The notes: a model not told the origin generated them from the sequence alone. A stretch of 64,000 nucleotides of DNA from an uncultured Acidobacteriaceae bacterium (GCA_963714225.1 CAVQNY010000010.1:59002-123001); one strand, 5' to 3'; shown: positions 1 to 10,261, numbered from the stretch's first letter. Program-made: numbers and translations.

Positions 1-183
1 CAAGAGGCTGCTTCACAACTCGGCTTGAGCTGCAGTTCAGTCTATCGCTTGCTTGCGCGTTATCGAGACCGCCCCCAGGTTTCCTCTTTGCTGCCGATGA
101 AGCATGGACGGAAACAGCAATCACGTTTTCTGGACGCGGCAAGGGAGAAGATCATTGACAGCGCCATCAAGGATTTCTTTTAG
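1..183 (+). pseudogene. Truncated N-terminal HTH fragment of a Mu/TniA/TnsB-like transposase. It is open from the window edge and stops at 181-183.
   Basis: Frame 1 is open from nt 1: QEAASQLGLSCSSVYRLLARYRDRPQVSSLLPMKHGRKQQSRFLDAAREKIIDSAIKDFF*. The HTH followed by LLP..GRK.. and E.II..AI pattern resembles transposase N-termini. No catalytic domain follows. Confidence 0.3.
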
Positions 184-246
184 AATGCGGTTTTCTACGC
201 CCCGATTCGCCCAAATCTCCCCCATTGTTTACAATAGAAGTTTGCC

Positions 247-1413
247 ATGGACCTGGCTGCCATCCAATCTGCGCTGCGCGAACGCAACATCGACGCGTGG
301 CTGTTCTACGACCACCATCATCGTGATCCCATCGCCTATCGTGTACTCGGCTTGCCCGCAGCTCTGATGGTGACGCGGCGCTGGTTCTATCTGGTGCCGG
401 CGCAGGGCGAACCGGTGAAGCTGGTCCACAAGATCGAGGCTGGCCACCTCGATTCCCTGCCCGGAAGCAAGCGCCAGTATTCCGGATGGCAGGAACTATT
501 CGACAGCCTGAAGTCGATCCTTGCTCCTTTCCGCGATATCGCCATGCAATATTCGCCCAACAACATCGTCTTCACCATTTCCCTGGTCGATGCCGGGACC
601 ATCGAGTTGCTGCGCGGTTTGGGAAAGAACATCGTCAGCTCCGCCGACCTGGTCGCACAGTTCGAAGCCACGTGGAGCGAAGAACAGATTGAGACCCATT
701 TTGCCGCCCGCGACAGCGTCGATTCAATCGTGGCCGCTGCCTTCCAGGAAATCGGGCACCGGGCCCGCAACGGTGGCACCACGGAGCACGAAATCCAAAG
801 CTGGTTCATGGAAGCGTTTAGCCGCGAAAACCTGCTCACCGACGATCCGCCCATCGTCGCCGTCAATGCCAACGCCGGCAATCCGCACTACGAGCCGCGC
901 GCCGATCCTCCGGTTCCCATTCGTGAGGGCGATCTGGTGCTGCTCGACGTGTGGGCAAAGAAGGACCTTCCCGGAGCGGTGTACTACGACATTACCTGGA
1001 TGGGATTTGTCGGCAAAGCGCCGTCGGATCGCATGCGCGAGGTGTTCGAGATTGTGCGCGATGCGCGCGACGCCGGGGTGAAAACTGTGACCGATGCGAT
1101 CAACTCCGGGCGCCACATCGCGGGATGGGAAGTGGATCGCGCCACTCGCAACCACATCAAGCAGAAAGGCTACGGCGATTATTTCATTCACCGTACCGGA
1201 CACTCCATCGGCACCGACGTCCATTCCAACGGAGCCAACATGGACGACCTGGAAATTCACGATGAGCGTCAGATTCTTCCCAACTCTTGCTTCTCCATCG
1301 AGCCCGGAATTTATTTGCCGGAATTCGGCGTGCGCAGCGAGGTCAACATGCTGGTCAGGCCCCAGTCAGCGGAAGTCACCGGCAACATTCAACGCGAGAT
1401 CGTAATTATCTGA
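247..1413 (+). CDS. M24 family metallopeptidase (Xaa-Pro aminopeptidase/dipeptidase-like)
   Basis: 388-aa ORF with a creatinase-like N-domain and pita-bread motifs (DITWMG, HRTGHSIGTDVH, SIEPGIY, RSEVNML). Confidence 0.88.
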   Translation: MDLAAIQSALRERNIDAWLFYDHHHRDPIAYRVLGLPAALMVTRRWFYLVPAQGEPVKLVHKIEAGHLDSLPGSKRQYSGWQELFDSLKSILAPFRDIAMQYSPNNIVFTISLVDAGTIELLRGLGKNIVSSADLVAQFEATWSEEQIETHFAARDSVDSIVAAAFQEIGHRARNGGTTEHEIQSWFMEAFSRENLLTDDPPIVAVNANAGNPHYEPRADPPVPIREGDLVLLDVWAKKDLPGAVYYDITWMGFVGKAPSDRMREVFEIVRDARDAGVKTVTDAINSGRHIAGWEVDRATRNHIKQKGYGDYFIHRTGHSIGTDVHSNGANMDDLEIHDERQILPNSCFSIEPGIYLPEFGVRSEVNMLVRPQSAEVTGNIQREIVII

Positions 1414-1835
1414 TGGCAAATCAAACTACAGCCAAGACCAAGGCAGCCGAACCGGCGCAACCCGCCGCCAGCATGATGGCCGTAATCGCGCCTGCGGTGG
1501 GCTGGCTGGTGCCGGGCGCGGGCCACATCATTCAGAGGCGCTGGATTCGGGGCGCTCTGCTGCTCGTCTCCATCGGAACCCTGTTCGTCCTCGGCCTGAT
1601 GATGCAGGGCCACATCTACAAAGCGAATGGCGGCGACATCCTCGACATGCTCGGATTCATCGGCGACTTGGGCGCGGGCGGAATGTACATCGTGACCCTG
1701 GCCATGAACTTGGGCCAGGGCGCGGCCGCTTTCGCCGTGGCTGATTATGGAACCAAATTCATGATTGTCGCTGGACTGCTGAACTTTATCGCGGTGGCCG
1801 ACGCCTACCACATCGCCATCGGGAAAAAACAATGA
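1413..1835 (+). CDS. Hypothetical integral membrane protein
   Basis: The ATG at 1413 overlaps the upstream stop (TGATG). The product MANQTTAKTK... has about four hydrophobic helices. The longer 1287 ORF would overlap the peptidase gene. Confidence 0.65.
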   Translation: MANQTTAKTKAAEPAQPAASMMAVIAPAVGWLVPGAGHIIQRRWIRGALLLVSIGTLFVLGLMMQGHIYKANGGDILDMLGFIGDLGAGGMYIVTLAMNLGQGAAAFAVADYGTKFMIVAGLLNFIAVADAYHIAIGKKQ

Positions 1836-2014
1836 CCATCCCGCTCACCCACTTCAGTGCGGCTTTTGTGTTCGCGCTGTTTGCCTCCATCGTCTTCGGC
1901 ATTACCCATCGCGAAACCACCCGCGACATGATCCGCTACGGCCTGTATTGTTTTGCCATGTTCTTGGGCGGAGTTTTCCTAGCAGGCTGGGCCATGTGGC
2001 TGGTGCGAAGATAG
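1832..2014 (+). CDS. Small two-helix membrane protein
   Basis: ATGA overlap with the preceding gene. 60 aa with two hydrophobic segments. Confidence 0.5.
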   Translation: MTIPLTHFSAAFVFALFASIVFGITHRETTRDMIRYGLYCFAMFLGGVFLAGWAMWLVRR

Positions 2015-2111
2015 CCATCCGCTATCCGCCGTCAGCGCAACCGTAGTATCGAGCGGGTACAAGACACCAAAGTTGATGGTTTTGGGGTGCAGCTGAGGGT
2101 TGACGGCTGTT

Positions 2112-3056
2112 TCACCCCTCCCACACGAACGCATCGAAGACTCGCTTCGAATCAAAATGCAGGCGACGGTAGAGAGCCACGGCCCCGGCGTTGGCCTCGG
2201 TCACGGTCAGCGAAAGCATCGAGAAGCCGCGCTTGCGCAGATTGGTGGAGGTCGCAGCCAGCAGCGTCTCGCCGATGCCGCGCGAACGGTACTCCGGCAA
2301 TACGCACACCTGGGTTACATGGCCGACGTCGCCGCGCACGCGCGAGCACAGGATCAGTCCAATCAGATTTTTCGCCTTACGATCCACGGCGGCATAGGAC
2401 GATTCCGCATCGAACACTCCGCATCCCGGAAAACGCACAATGTTATTCAGAAAACGCAGCGATCCGCTCAGCGTGTGGTATTGGTCGTTGATCTGGGCGT
2501 CGACGTGCCCGCGATAAGCCGCGGTTATCACCGCGGCGGCAGGCTGGTAGTCGGCTTCGGTCCAACGCCTGATTTCGACATCCGGATGCGTCGCCGTCGC
2601 CTGCGCACCCCTCTCGCCCAACCCGAGGACCATAAACAGCCGCGGATGACGCTGGAATCCCTGATCCAGAAACGGCCGGGCAACGCTCCCCGCTTCATGC
2701 GCAAGCAACTGGGCTTCGACCCGATGGATTCCGGGAGACTGCTGTAGCGTCTCGATCACGTGCGTTAGCAGCTTGAGTTCTACTTCGCGCGCGTTGGGAA
2801 GGCGGCCGCCGTTCGCCACGAAAAGATCGCCGACCACTCCCTTGCTGCCTTCATACACGAAGAAGCTGTAACCGAAAATGCGGCCCCGATCGATGGCGGC
2901 GTATCCGGGAAGAATTTTTGCGTCGACATAGCGCAGGATCATCTCCGCCGACCCGTGGTAGTCCCAGGAGAGCAGACTCGCCCAGGCTCGCGTCTCATCG
3001 TCGAGCAGCGGACGCATATCCACGGAGGAAAAATGCCTGAGGTCGAGAATCTCCAC
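2112..3056 (-). CDS. GNAT family N-acetyltransferase (two-lobed)
   Basis: 314 aa. The C-terminal half carries an acetyl-CoA-binding-like motif (VLPEYRSRGIGETLL ... AVALYRRLHF). Confidence 0.82.
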   Translation of the reverse strand: MEILDLRHFSSVDMRPLLDDETRAWASLLSWDYHGSAEMILRYVDAKILPGYAAIDRGRIFGYSFFVYEGSKGVVGDLFVANGGRLPNAREVELKLLTHVIETLQQSPGIHRVEAQLLAHEAGSVARPFLDQGFQRHPRLFMVLGLGERGAQATATHPDVEIRRWTEADYQPAAAVITAAYRGHVDAQINDQYHTLSGSLRFLNNIVRFPGCGVFDAESSYAAVDRKAKNLIGLILCSRVRGDVGHVTQVCVLPEYRSRGIGETLLAATSTNLRKRGFSMLSLTVTEANAGAVALYRRLHFDSKRVFDAFVWEG

Positions 3057-3093
3057 GGGGCTCCTGCAAAGTCAGCCGCAAAAAGACGCAGCC

Positions 3094-4818
3094 TTATTCG
3101 GGGCGGCAGAACTCCGAGTTTAGTGCGTTCCAGGACGCGAGGCAAACCGCCGGAACACGGGGCGGCAACAGCGAACCTGGAACTGAGTGGGTGGAACCGG
3201 CCGCTGCCGCGGCAATCCAGTAGTAGTCCACACGCTGCGCCGCATAGTGTCCGAGATAAGAGACGCGGCGGCCTGCCACCAGCTTCGCAATCTCCACCTG
3301 CGAATTCTGCGGCGCCACCAATAAGTGCTCTTGCTGGGGAACGCTGCCCCAGTCGTAGTTGAAGGTCAGCCGGTTGCGATAAAAGGTCAGGCCGTATTCC
3401 AGTTCGCGTCGAACATGGTAGACGGCCAGCGGCAGGGGATGGGTTTCCATGCTGGCAATTTCCCGGGCCAGGGGACGTGCCGAGAGCCCTTGGTCCAAAT
3501 CCACGGATCCCAGTCTCAACACAATTCCCACAACCAGTAGAACCGGAATCACGGTTACGAACCGCAGCATGCGGAGACCCGTCTTCCGAACCAGGGTGAG
3601 GGCAATTCCGACACACAGCATAAATGCGACGGCGAGTGCCACCGCCATCGCTTGCCCTCCCGGAAGCCGATGCTGCGTGATCAGGTAGGCAATCAGCAGG
3701 GCCGGAACCATCGGAGCCGCCGCCACGAGCGCGTGCAGCACCACCAGAGCCGTCGCGGGCGGCTCCGCCTCAGTTTGCTCCAACTGTTGGCGCAGATAGC
3801 CGACTAACAGCAGGGCGCCCGCCGGAACTGCCGGAAGAATATAACCGGGCAATTTCGACCGTGAGATCGAGAAAAAGACTACCGGCACGACCAGCCAGCA
3901 GCACGCGAAAATGCCCACTTGCTTTTCGGAATTCGCGTTGGCAGCGTCCACCGGCCTGGGTTTAGCCCACCACCAGCGCACAGACTGCACGAAGGCCGCA
4001 ATCACAAAAACCGTCCAGGGAACCAGGGCCAGCGCCGTTACTGGCAGGTAATACCAGAAGGGCTCGGTATGGTGATAAAGATTCTCCGAAAACCGGCCGA
4101 GATTGTGCTCGACGATGAATTCGTGAAAGAATTCTGGATTGCGCATCTGCACCGCGACATACCACGGCAACGCGATCGCGCAGAACAGGAGAACCCCTGG
4201 CAGCCAGAGCGTCTTCAGAACCAGGCGCGATTCGCCAACCGCAGCCGTGTAGAGAACGATCACTCCCGCGGCGAGAAGCGGCGCGACCGGCCCCTTGGCC
4301 AACATCCCCAAGGCCATGAAGCCATAAAAAACTGCCAGGTAAATCCTCTTTCCGGTTTCCCGCCAGGCCCACCAGCCGAGCATTCCAACAATGAAAGCCG
4401 CGGCCAGCGCCATGTCCATCGAGGCGACACGCGCGAACCCGACGATTCCAGCGGAAGACGCCGTGATCAGTGCGCCATCCAGCTCAAATCCAGGCCAGAA
4501 GCGGCGCAGAAAGAAGTACACCGCCAACACGAGCACAGTGGCATCGAGCACCGAAGGCAGCCGCGCCGCCCAGTCGCTCACCCCGAAGATCGAATAGGCC
4601 AGCATGGCTTGCCAGTAATAAAGTGGCGGCTTTTCCAGCCAGGGCTGTCCACCCAACACAGGAGTGATCCAGTCGTGGCGCTCCAGCATTTCGTGCGCCA
4701 CCTGCGCGTATCGCGGCTCATCGGCCCCGATCAGCCCGAACTGCCCCAGTCCGTACAAGAACAGAAAGGCGCAGAAACCCGCCAGCAGCAGCGAGTCGGT
4801 GCGGGTGCGATTCGTCAT
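3094..4818 (-). CDS. GT39/ArnT-like glycosyltransferase (PMT_2 family), polytopic membrane protein
   Basis: Start chosen at the ATG at 4818 (MTNRTRTDSLLLAGFCAF...). The motif GADEPRYAQVAHEM...LEKPPLYYW is typical of ArnT/PMT-like enzymes. The 5076 start would overlap nrnA and adds a non-protein-like leader. Confidence 0.82.
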   Translation of the reverse strand: MTNRTRTDSLLLAGFCAFLFLYGLGQFGLIGADEPRYAQVAHEMLERHDWITPVLGGQPWLEKPPLYYWQAMLAYSIFGVSDWAARLPSVLDATVLVLAVYFFLRRFWPGFELDGALITASSAGIVGFARVASMDMALAAAFIVGMLGWWAWRETGKRIYLAVFYGFMALGMLAKGPVAPLLAAGVIVLYTAAVGESRLVLKTLWLPGVLLFCAIALPWYVAVQMRNPEFFHEFIVEHNLGRFSENLYHHTEPFWYYLPVTALALVPWTVFVIAAFVQSVRWWWAKPRPVDAANANSEKQVGIFACCWLVVPVVFFSISRSKLPGYILPAVPAGALLLVGYLRQQLEQTEAEPPATALVVLHALVAAAPMVPALLIAYLITQHRLPGGQAMAVALAVAFMLCVGIALTLVRKTGLRMLRFVTVIPVLLVVGIVLRLGSVDLDQGLSARPLAREIASMETHPLPLAVYHVRRELEYGLTFYRNRLTFNYDWGSVPQQEHLLVAPQNSQVEIAKLVAGRRVSYLGHYAAQRVDYYWIAAAAAGSTHSVPGSLLPPRVPAVCLASWNALNSEFCRPE

Positions 4819-4966
4819 GGGAGGGTTCCGAGAGTGGCTGGCGTCATTGCTAAATTGTTGATTTCTGATGGTTGATTGTAGATTGAAACTGGTAAGGGGC
4901 TTAGAGCTTTTCCATCCACAATCAAGCTTCATCCATCCGCAATTCCGCGGGAGACAGCTCGCAAAC

Positions 4967-5914
4967 TCACTGCCGGGAAGGACCGCGGCGCAGCATTTCC
5001 AGAATCTGGCGCACCGCCTGGGCCAGCGGTCCATCCAGCGAGCAGCCGCTGGCGCACTCATGGCCGCCGCCGCCAAAGCACTCGGCTACTCGCGCCACAT
5101 CGAGCTTGCCCTTGCTACGCAGGCTCACGCGAAAACGCTCGTCGGGCAACTCGCGGAAGAACGCGGCCACCTCAACCTCGCCGATCGAAAGCACGTAATT
5201 CACCAGGCCTTCGCAGTCTTCTTCCTTCGCCTCACAAAGTTCCATTTGCTTCTGCGTCACCCAGGTCCAGCCCACGTGGCCTTCGGTATTGAGGTTGCGC
5301 AGTGCTTCGCCGAGCAGCCTCATCTTGGCCACCGAGTGGGCAAAATAAATACTGCGCGCACAATGCGAAGGGTCGGCGCCCGCCAGAACCAGTTCCCGCG
5401 CCAGAGCGAACGTATGCTCGTTCGTTCCCTGAAACATGAACGATCCCGTATCGGTCATCAACGCGGTGTAAAGGCAGGTGGCAATCTCCGGAGAGAACGG
5501 GGTTCCCGCCTCGCGCGCCAGGCGGAACACCATTTCTCCCGTAGCCACGGCATGCGGATCGATCCAGTTCACATTGGCGAACGGCCGTGCGCTGACATGA
5601 TGATCGATGCTGATCAGGAAGCGGTCTTCCAGGCCCTCCAAGCGGGTGCGGTGAATGCTGTCACATTCCAGAATGATCGCCGCCTGGTAGTTGCCGGCAA
5701 CCCGATCGGCCTGCATCACCTGATCGGCAAACGGCAGGGCGCGATAGATCCGCGGCACGCCATCGTGCAGCACCACGTCGGCCTGCTTCCCCATGGAACG
5801 TAAAACCTGGCAGCACGCCAGCGCCGATCCAATGGCGTCGCCATCGGGCCGGGCGTGCGAGGTAAGCACGAATCGGTCGCGCTGCTCGATTTGATGGAGA
5901 ACGTCCTGCAGCAT
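4967..5914 (-). CDS. nrnA: DHH/DHHA1 phosphoesterase (bifunctional oligoribonuclease / pAp phosphatase NrnA-like)
   Basis: Motifs HARPDGDAIGS, IDHH and GGGH. It lies immediately downstream of rbfA with a 2-nt gap. Confidence 0.88.
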   Translation of the reverse strand: MLQDVLHQIEQRDRFVLTSHARPDGDAIGSALACCQVLRSMGKQADVVLHDGVPRIYRALPFADQVMQADRVAGNYQAAIILECDSIHRTRLEGLEDRFLISIDHHVSARPFANVNWIDPHAVATGEMVFRLAREAGTPFSPEIATCLYTALMTDTGSFMFQGTNEHTFALARELVLAGADPSHCARSIYFAHSVAKMRLLGEALRNLNTEGHVGWTWVTQKQMELCEAKEEDCEGLVNYVLSIGEVEVAAFFRELPDERFRVSLRSKGKLDVARVAECFGGGGHECASGCSLDGPLAQAVRQILEMLRRGPSRQ

Positions 5915-5916
5915 CC

Positions 5917-6315
5917 CTATGCCTTCTTCTCACCAGGTCCGGGTCCCGCCTGAGATTTCATTCTCTTTTTCGCTCGCGCCAGCAACTCTTCCACGCGTGC
6001 TTTTTCCCGCTCCGAACGGTCCAGCCGGAAAAACAATTCTGGCGCGCGTCGAATCCGCAAGCGCTCCACCAGTTCATGCCTGATATATTCCCGGGCGGCG
6101 ATCAAGCCCTCGAGACTTCGATCCGCTTCCTGGTCGTCGCCATCCACATCCACCAGAACCTGCGCCGACCGGCCATCGTCGGCCACATGCACCGCTGTTA
6201 CGCCCACCAGCCCGATGCGCGGATCAGCCAATTCGCCTTCCACCAAGGTTTCGATCTCCTCGCGCAAAGCCTCGCCCAACCGCCCGCGATGGTACTTTAC
6301 CCCGCGCTTCTCCAC
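5917..6315 (-). CDS. rbfA: Ribosome-binding factor A
   Basis: 132 aa. RGRLGEALREEIETLVEGELADPRIGLVGVTAVHVADDGRSAQVLV matches the RbfA KH-like fold signature. Confidence 0.9.
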   Translation of the reverse strand: MEKRGVKYHRGRLGEALREEIETLVEGELADPRIGLVGVTAVHVADDGRSAQVLVDVDGDDQEADRSLEGLIAAREYIRHELVERLRIRRAPELFFRLDRSEREKARVEELLARAKKRMKSQAGPGPGEKKA

Positions 6316-6520
6316 CGTTCACCTCGATGTAAAACGCATGAGAATATCAGAAAATCGTCCCGAGGTCTTGGCTCTGAAGTGCTATTGTCGCGCACAAAGG
6401 AATGATCCGGGTAAGTACAGAGGTAACAATCGGATAGCCGCGACTGCTTGGCGGAGCCCTCGGTTTGGTGCGGCGCTCACGTTTGAACGACAGAGCCGTC
6501 CTTTCGAAGGCGGGACGAGT

Positions 6521-8017
6521 ATGAGTATGATTCGTCCTGAGGAGAAACTCGTGAGGAACGGGCTTTTGTTGCTGGCCATGACGGCCACAATTGCCTTACC
6601 GGCCGCAGGGGAACCAGCAACCGTCAAGCGCCTGGACGGCAGCAGGATTACCTCCGCAGAAATCGACGCAACCGTCACACGCGTGATGCATGCCGCTGAA
6701 GTCACGGGAGTGGGTCTGGCGGTTTTCGACCACGGGAAGGTTGTTTACCGGAAGACCTATGGCGTCCGCGACAAAGAGAAGAATCTGCCGTTGACCGAAA
6801 ATTCGGTCATGACTGCGGCTTCCTTCAGCAAGGTTGCTTTCGCGTACATGGTGATGCAGCTCGTCGATGAACGAATGCTCGATCTCGATAAGCCCGTGTA
6901 CCAGTATTTGCCGAAGCCGCTGCCGGAATATCCGGCGTACAAAGATCTGGCCGGTGAGGTTCGCTACAAGCAAATCACGGCAAGAATGTTGTTGAGTCAC
7001 ACCAGCGGCTTTCCCAACTGGCGCTGGATCAATGAAGACCGCAAGTTGAATATCAATTTTGAGCCAGGCTCAAAATACGCCTATTCGGGCGAAGGAATTG
7101 ATCTACTGCAACTGGTCGTCGAGACCGTTACCAACAAACCCCTCGAGGATCTGATGAGGACTTATGTTTTTGAACCCTTCGGAATGACCCGCTCCAGCAT
7201 GGTTTGGGAGAGCCGTTTCGAGAGCGACTATGCCAATGGCTATAACGAGTGGGGGAGGTCCCTTGGTCCCGAAAGGCGCCCCCATGCCGATGCCGCAGGT
7301 TCGATGCAGACGACCCTAGGCGACTTTGCGCGTTTCCTCGAGGCCGTAATGCAGGGCGAAAGACTACGGAAACAAACCCACGAATTGATGCTTAGCCCGC
7401 AGATACAGATCCTGTCGAAGCACGAATTTCCCACGCTGGCCAGCGAAACCACCGAGGAAAACAAATCAATCCGCCTCAGCTACGGGCTGGGTTGGGGCCT
7501 GTACTGGACTCCGTTTGGCAAGGCTTTTTTTAAAGAAGGCCACGCCGAAGGCTGGCGAAACTACAGCGTCTGCTTCGAGAATCGCAAGACCGGCATTCTC
7601 ATTATGACCAACAGCTCGAACGGCGAGGGCATCTATAAGGAACTGTTGGAAACCGTGCTAAACAATACCTTCACTCCCATCGAGTGGGAAGGCTTTACTC
7701 CCTACGACAAGCTCGCTCCCCGGGAGCCGTTCGAAGAGCACAAGGTGGTGGCCATCGATTCCCAATTGCTCGATCGATACGTAGGCCGTTACGGGGAACC
7801 GCCGAATCTCATCCTGACCATCCGGCGCGAAGGCGATCACCTGTCCGTACAGGAGAACGATGAGCCCAAACAAGAGTTATTCCCGGAGAGTGAGCGAGAC
7901 TTTTTCTCGAAGGTCGCTGACGATGTCTTCGCTTTCCAGCTCGACAGCCAGGGGCACGTCACTGGCATGATCCTGCACACGGGTGGGAAAGACATCTCCA
8001 TCAAGCGGATCGACTGA
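6521..8017 (+). CDS. Serine hydrolase of the beta-lactamase/PBP family with a DUF3471-like C-terminal domain, secreted
   Basis: The ATG at 6521 precedes a signal-like segment (LLLLAMTATIALPAAG). SxxK motif (SFSK) and YSGEG motif are present. The longer 6215 ORF overlaps rbfA antisense. Confidence 0.83.
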   Translation: MSMIRPEEKLVRNGLLLLAMTATIALPAAGEPATVKRLDGSRITSAEIDATVTRVMHAAEVTGVGLAVFDHGKVVYRKTYGVRDKEKNLPLTENSVMTAASFSKVAFAYMVMQLVDERMLDLDKPVYQYLPKPLPEYPAYKDLAGEVRYKQITARMLLSHTSGFPNWRWINEDRKLNINFEPGSKYAYSGEGIDLLQLVVETVTNKPLEDLMRTYVFEPFGMTRSSMVWESRFESDYANGYNEWGRSLGPERRPHADAAGSMQTTLGDFARFLEAVMQGERLRKQTHELMLSPQIQILSKHEFPTLASETTEENKSIRLSYGLGWGLYWTPFGKAFFKEGHAEGWRNYSVCFENRKTGILIMTNSSNGEGIYKELLETVLNNTFTPIEWEGFTPYDKLAPREPFEEHKVVAIDSQLLDRYVGRYGEPPNLILTIRREGDHLSVQENDEPKQELFPESERDFFSKVADDVFAFQLDSQGHVTGMILHTGGKDISIKRID

Positions 8018-8119
8018 CTGCACACAATTTAAGTACAGCGCGACATCTGTCCACTGCCAAACGTTGCCGACCAACTGCGATGAACTCCCTTCTAGCGGGG
8101 TTCGGCGAAAAAACCAAAA

Positions 8120-8148
8120 TTGACAAGCCTTTCGGGATGGAATAAAGT
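8120..8148 (+). promoter_or_regulatory. Candidate sigma-70-type promoter
   Basis: TTGACA (8120-8125), a 17-nt spacer, then TAAAGT (8143-8148). It lies about 47 nt upstream of the ATG at 8195, which has a GAAGGAGG RBS. Confidence 0.3.
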
Positions 8149-8194
8149 GCCGCCTTATCATTTACTGGGTCCTTGTGTGCATGAAGGAGGAAAC

Positions 8195-10261
8195 ATGGAG
8201 CGCAGGAATACTTGGGCTTTCACGCTACTCGCAGTTGCATTTGTCTTCTTGCTAGCCTTGCCTGGTATTGCCAGCGCGCAGTCGCGCCCTCGGCTAAAAC
8301 CCATTCCCCCGCGGAGGGGTATTGATCACGCTGCCGCACTTGCCTCCGACACGCGTTCGGAGTGGCAACCCCTGACCAACCAAGCACCGTCGGGTCCCAA
8401 TGGCGTCCAACTCATGATTCAAGGAACGGACGGGTCAATCCTCGTACAAGCCTATGACGGGCAAACCTGGATGAAGCTGACTCCCGATGAGAAGGGCAGC
8501 TACATCAACGGCACGTGGACTACCCTCGCCTCAGAACCTGTTGCTCGACTGTATTTTGCCTCTCAAATCATGCCGGACGACAAGTTATTTGTTGTTGGGG
8601 GTGAGTACAGCGGACCAGCCTTGATACCCGATTGGTCGAACACGGGTGAAATCTACGATCCACTGACCAACAAATGGACTATGATTACCCCTTACCCGGA
8701 CCAGCCTGGTTGCCCTTACATCTATTACGTTTCCGGAAACACTACGACTGGAAGCGCCAAAGTTAAGGGGGTTTATCCCTACACGAGCGGCCTTTCCGTC
8801 GGTGAAGGAGTTTTCGGATCTGGGATTCCAAACGGCGCGACCATCGTGAGCGTTGACTCGCCCAGCCAAATCACCATATCCGCTGCCGCGACGCAGACGG
8901 TCTCAGCCAATTTTATTGTTCTGTCCGCGTACTATCAGCTGACCGGGTGCCTCGGAGATGATCCTTCGATACTGCTTTCGAGCACGAAAATTCTCCAGGG
9001 CGACCTCGTTAACGGCAACACGTACATCTACGATGCTGCCTCGAACTCCTGGAGTCCCTCAGGGACAAAGGTGTACCCCGACTCGAGCGATGAAGAAGGC
9101 TGGACGAGGACCAGCAAGGGAATGATCGTCAACTATGACCTATTCTACAGCATTGCCACGAACGGGGCCTATGCGGAGGAGTACAACCCCGCGACCGGTA
9201 TGTGGAGCAGCATCAGCCCATCTGCTGGCACGGCCAAGGGCACAATTCCCCAACTAAGCGGGTCGAATATAGGGTATGAGCTTGGCGCCTCCCTCCGCTT
9301 ACAGGACGGGCGCGTGCTCGAGATCGGAGCCACCCAGCATAACGCCACGTATAATCCCACCACGAACACCTGGGCGGCCGCACCGGACACCATCGGCACG
9401 CTCAACGGAATCCCATCTCCGTTCGGCTCGGACGATGGTCCAGCGGCCATTTTGCCCAACGGCCATGTGATCTTCGCAGCCGATGCCGGCATCTCCGGAT
9501 TCATATCTTCCGGAAACATTACTTCCGGCTCCGCCGTTATTAAGGGCATTCCCTCCACCGCCATCTTGCAGGTTTACTGGCCCGTGAACGGGAATGGAAT
9601 CCCAGGCGGGGCTTATATCATTAGTGTAGATTCGCCCAGCCAAGTCACGATCAGTAGTCCGGCTACCGCTACGATCACCGGGGATGGCATCAGTTGGGGA
9701 GGCACCTACAGCAATCCCGCGGAACTGTTCGATTTTGATCCGAGGACCAATAAGATTATTCAGGTCACTTCGGCTCTTCCTGACAACAACCTCCCCTACG
9801 AAGGCTCGTATCCCACGCGCATGCTCATTCTTCCCACGGGACAATTGCTCTTTTCCGACGATAGTGCCCAGCTCTGGGTTTACACCTCGTCGGGAGAGCC
9901 CAATCCGCTGTTGCGGCCATTCATCACGAGCGTAAATTATGTCGGTGGCGGCCAGTTCAGGCTTGCAGGATTTCAACTCGATGGGCAGTCTGCGGGCGCC
10001 GCTTACGGCGACGACGACCAGATGGACTCGAACTATCCGATCATCCGCATGGTGAACTTCAGTGGCAATGTCTTTTACGCTCGGACTTTCGACTGGAGCA
10101 AGATCGGCGTGGGGGATGGAACCGGATACGAGACCGTCGACTTTACGCTGAATCCCGCGGTAACTCCCGGCGATTACGCCCTAATCGTAAGCGGTGCGGG
10201 AATTTCTTCGTTTCCCACCTTCATTCACGTTTCAAAGAAGGAGGTGAAGGGGGAAAACTAA
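8195..10261 (+). CDS. Secreted Kelch/beta-propeller protein resembling glyoxal or galactose oxidase, with an Ig-like C-terminal domain
   Basis: GAAGGAGG RBS and signal peptide (MERRNTWAFTLLAVAFVFLLALPGIASAQ). Kelch-like blades (DDKLFVVGGEYSG, GEIYDPLTNKW, AEEYNPATGMW, ATYNPTTNTW). The C-terminal region resembles the DUF1929-type Ig domain of glyoxal oxidases. Confidence 0.68.
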   Translation: MERRNTWAFTLLAVAFVFLLALPGIASAQSRPRLKPIPPRRGIDHAAALASDTRSEWQPLTNQAPSGPNGVQLMIQGTDGSILVQAYDGQTWMKLTPDEKGSYINGTWTTLASEPVARLYFASQIMPDDKLFVVGGEYSGPALIPDWSNTGEIYDPLTNKWTMITPYPDQPGCPYIYYVSGNTTTGSAKVKGVYPYTSGLSVGEGVFGSGIPNGATIVSVDSPSQITISAAATQTVSANFIVLSAYYQLTGCLGDDPSILLSSTKILQGDLVNGNTYIYDAASNSWSPSGTKVYPDSSDEEGWTRTSKGMIVNYDLFYSIATNGAYAEEYNPATGMWSSISPSAGTAKGTIPQLSGSNIGYELGASLRLQDGRVLEIGATQHNATYNPTTNTWAAAPDTIGTLNGIPSPFGSDDGPAAILPNGHVIFAADAGISGFISSGNITSGSAVIKGIPSTAILQVYWPVNGNGIPGGAYIISVDSPSQVTISSPATATITGDGISWGGTYSNPAELFDFDPRTNKIIQVTSALPDNNLPYEGSYPTRMLILPTGQLLFSDDSAQLWVYTSSGEPNPLLRPFITSVNYVGGGQFRLAGFQLDGQSAGAAYGDDDQMDSNYPIIRMVNFSGNVFYARTFDWSKIGVGDGTGYETVDFTLNPAVTPGDYALIVSGAGISSFPTFIHVSKKEVKGEN

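Noticed and set aside
3094-5076. N-terminal extensions offered by the longest ORFs (for example 5076, 6215, 8120, 23654, 27527, 27669, 28726, 42668, 45267, 55100, 57248, 60481, 61997).
   Set aside because: The extensions overlap neighbouring genes, cross a terminator hairpin, or lack protein-like sequence. Internal starts have RBS motifs and signal peptides.
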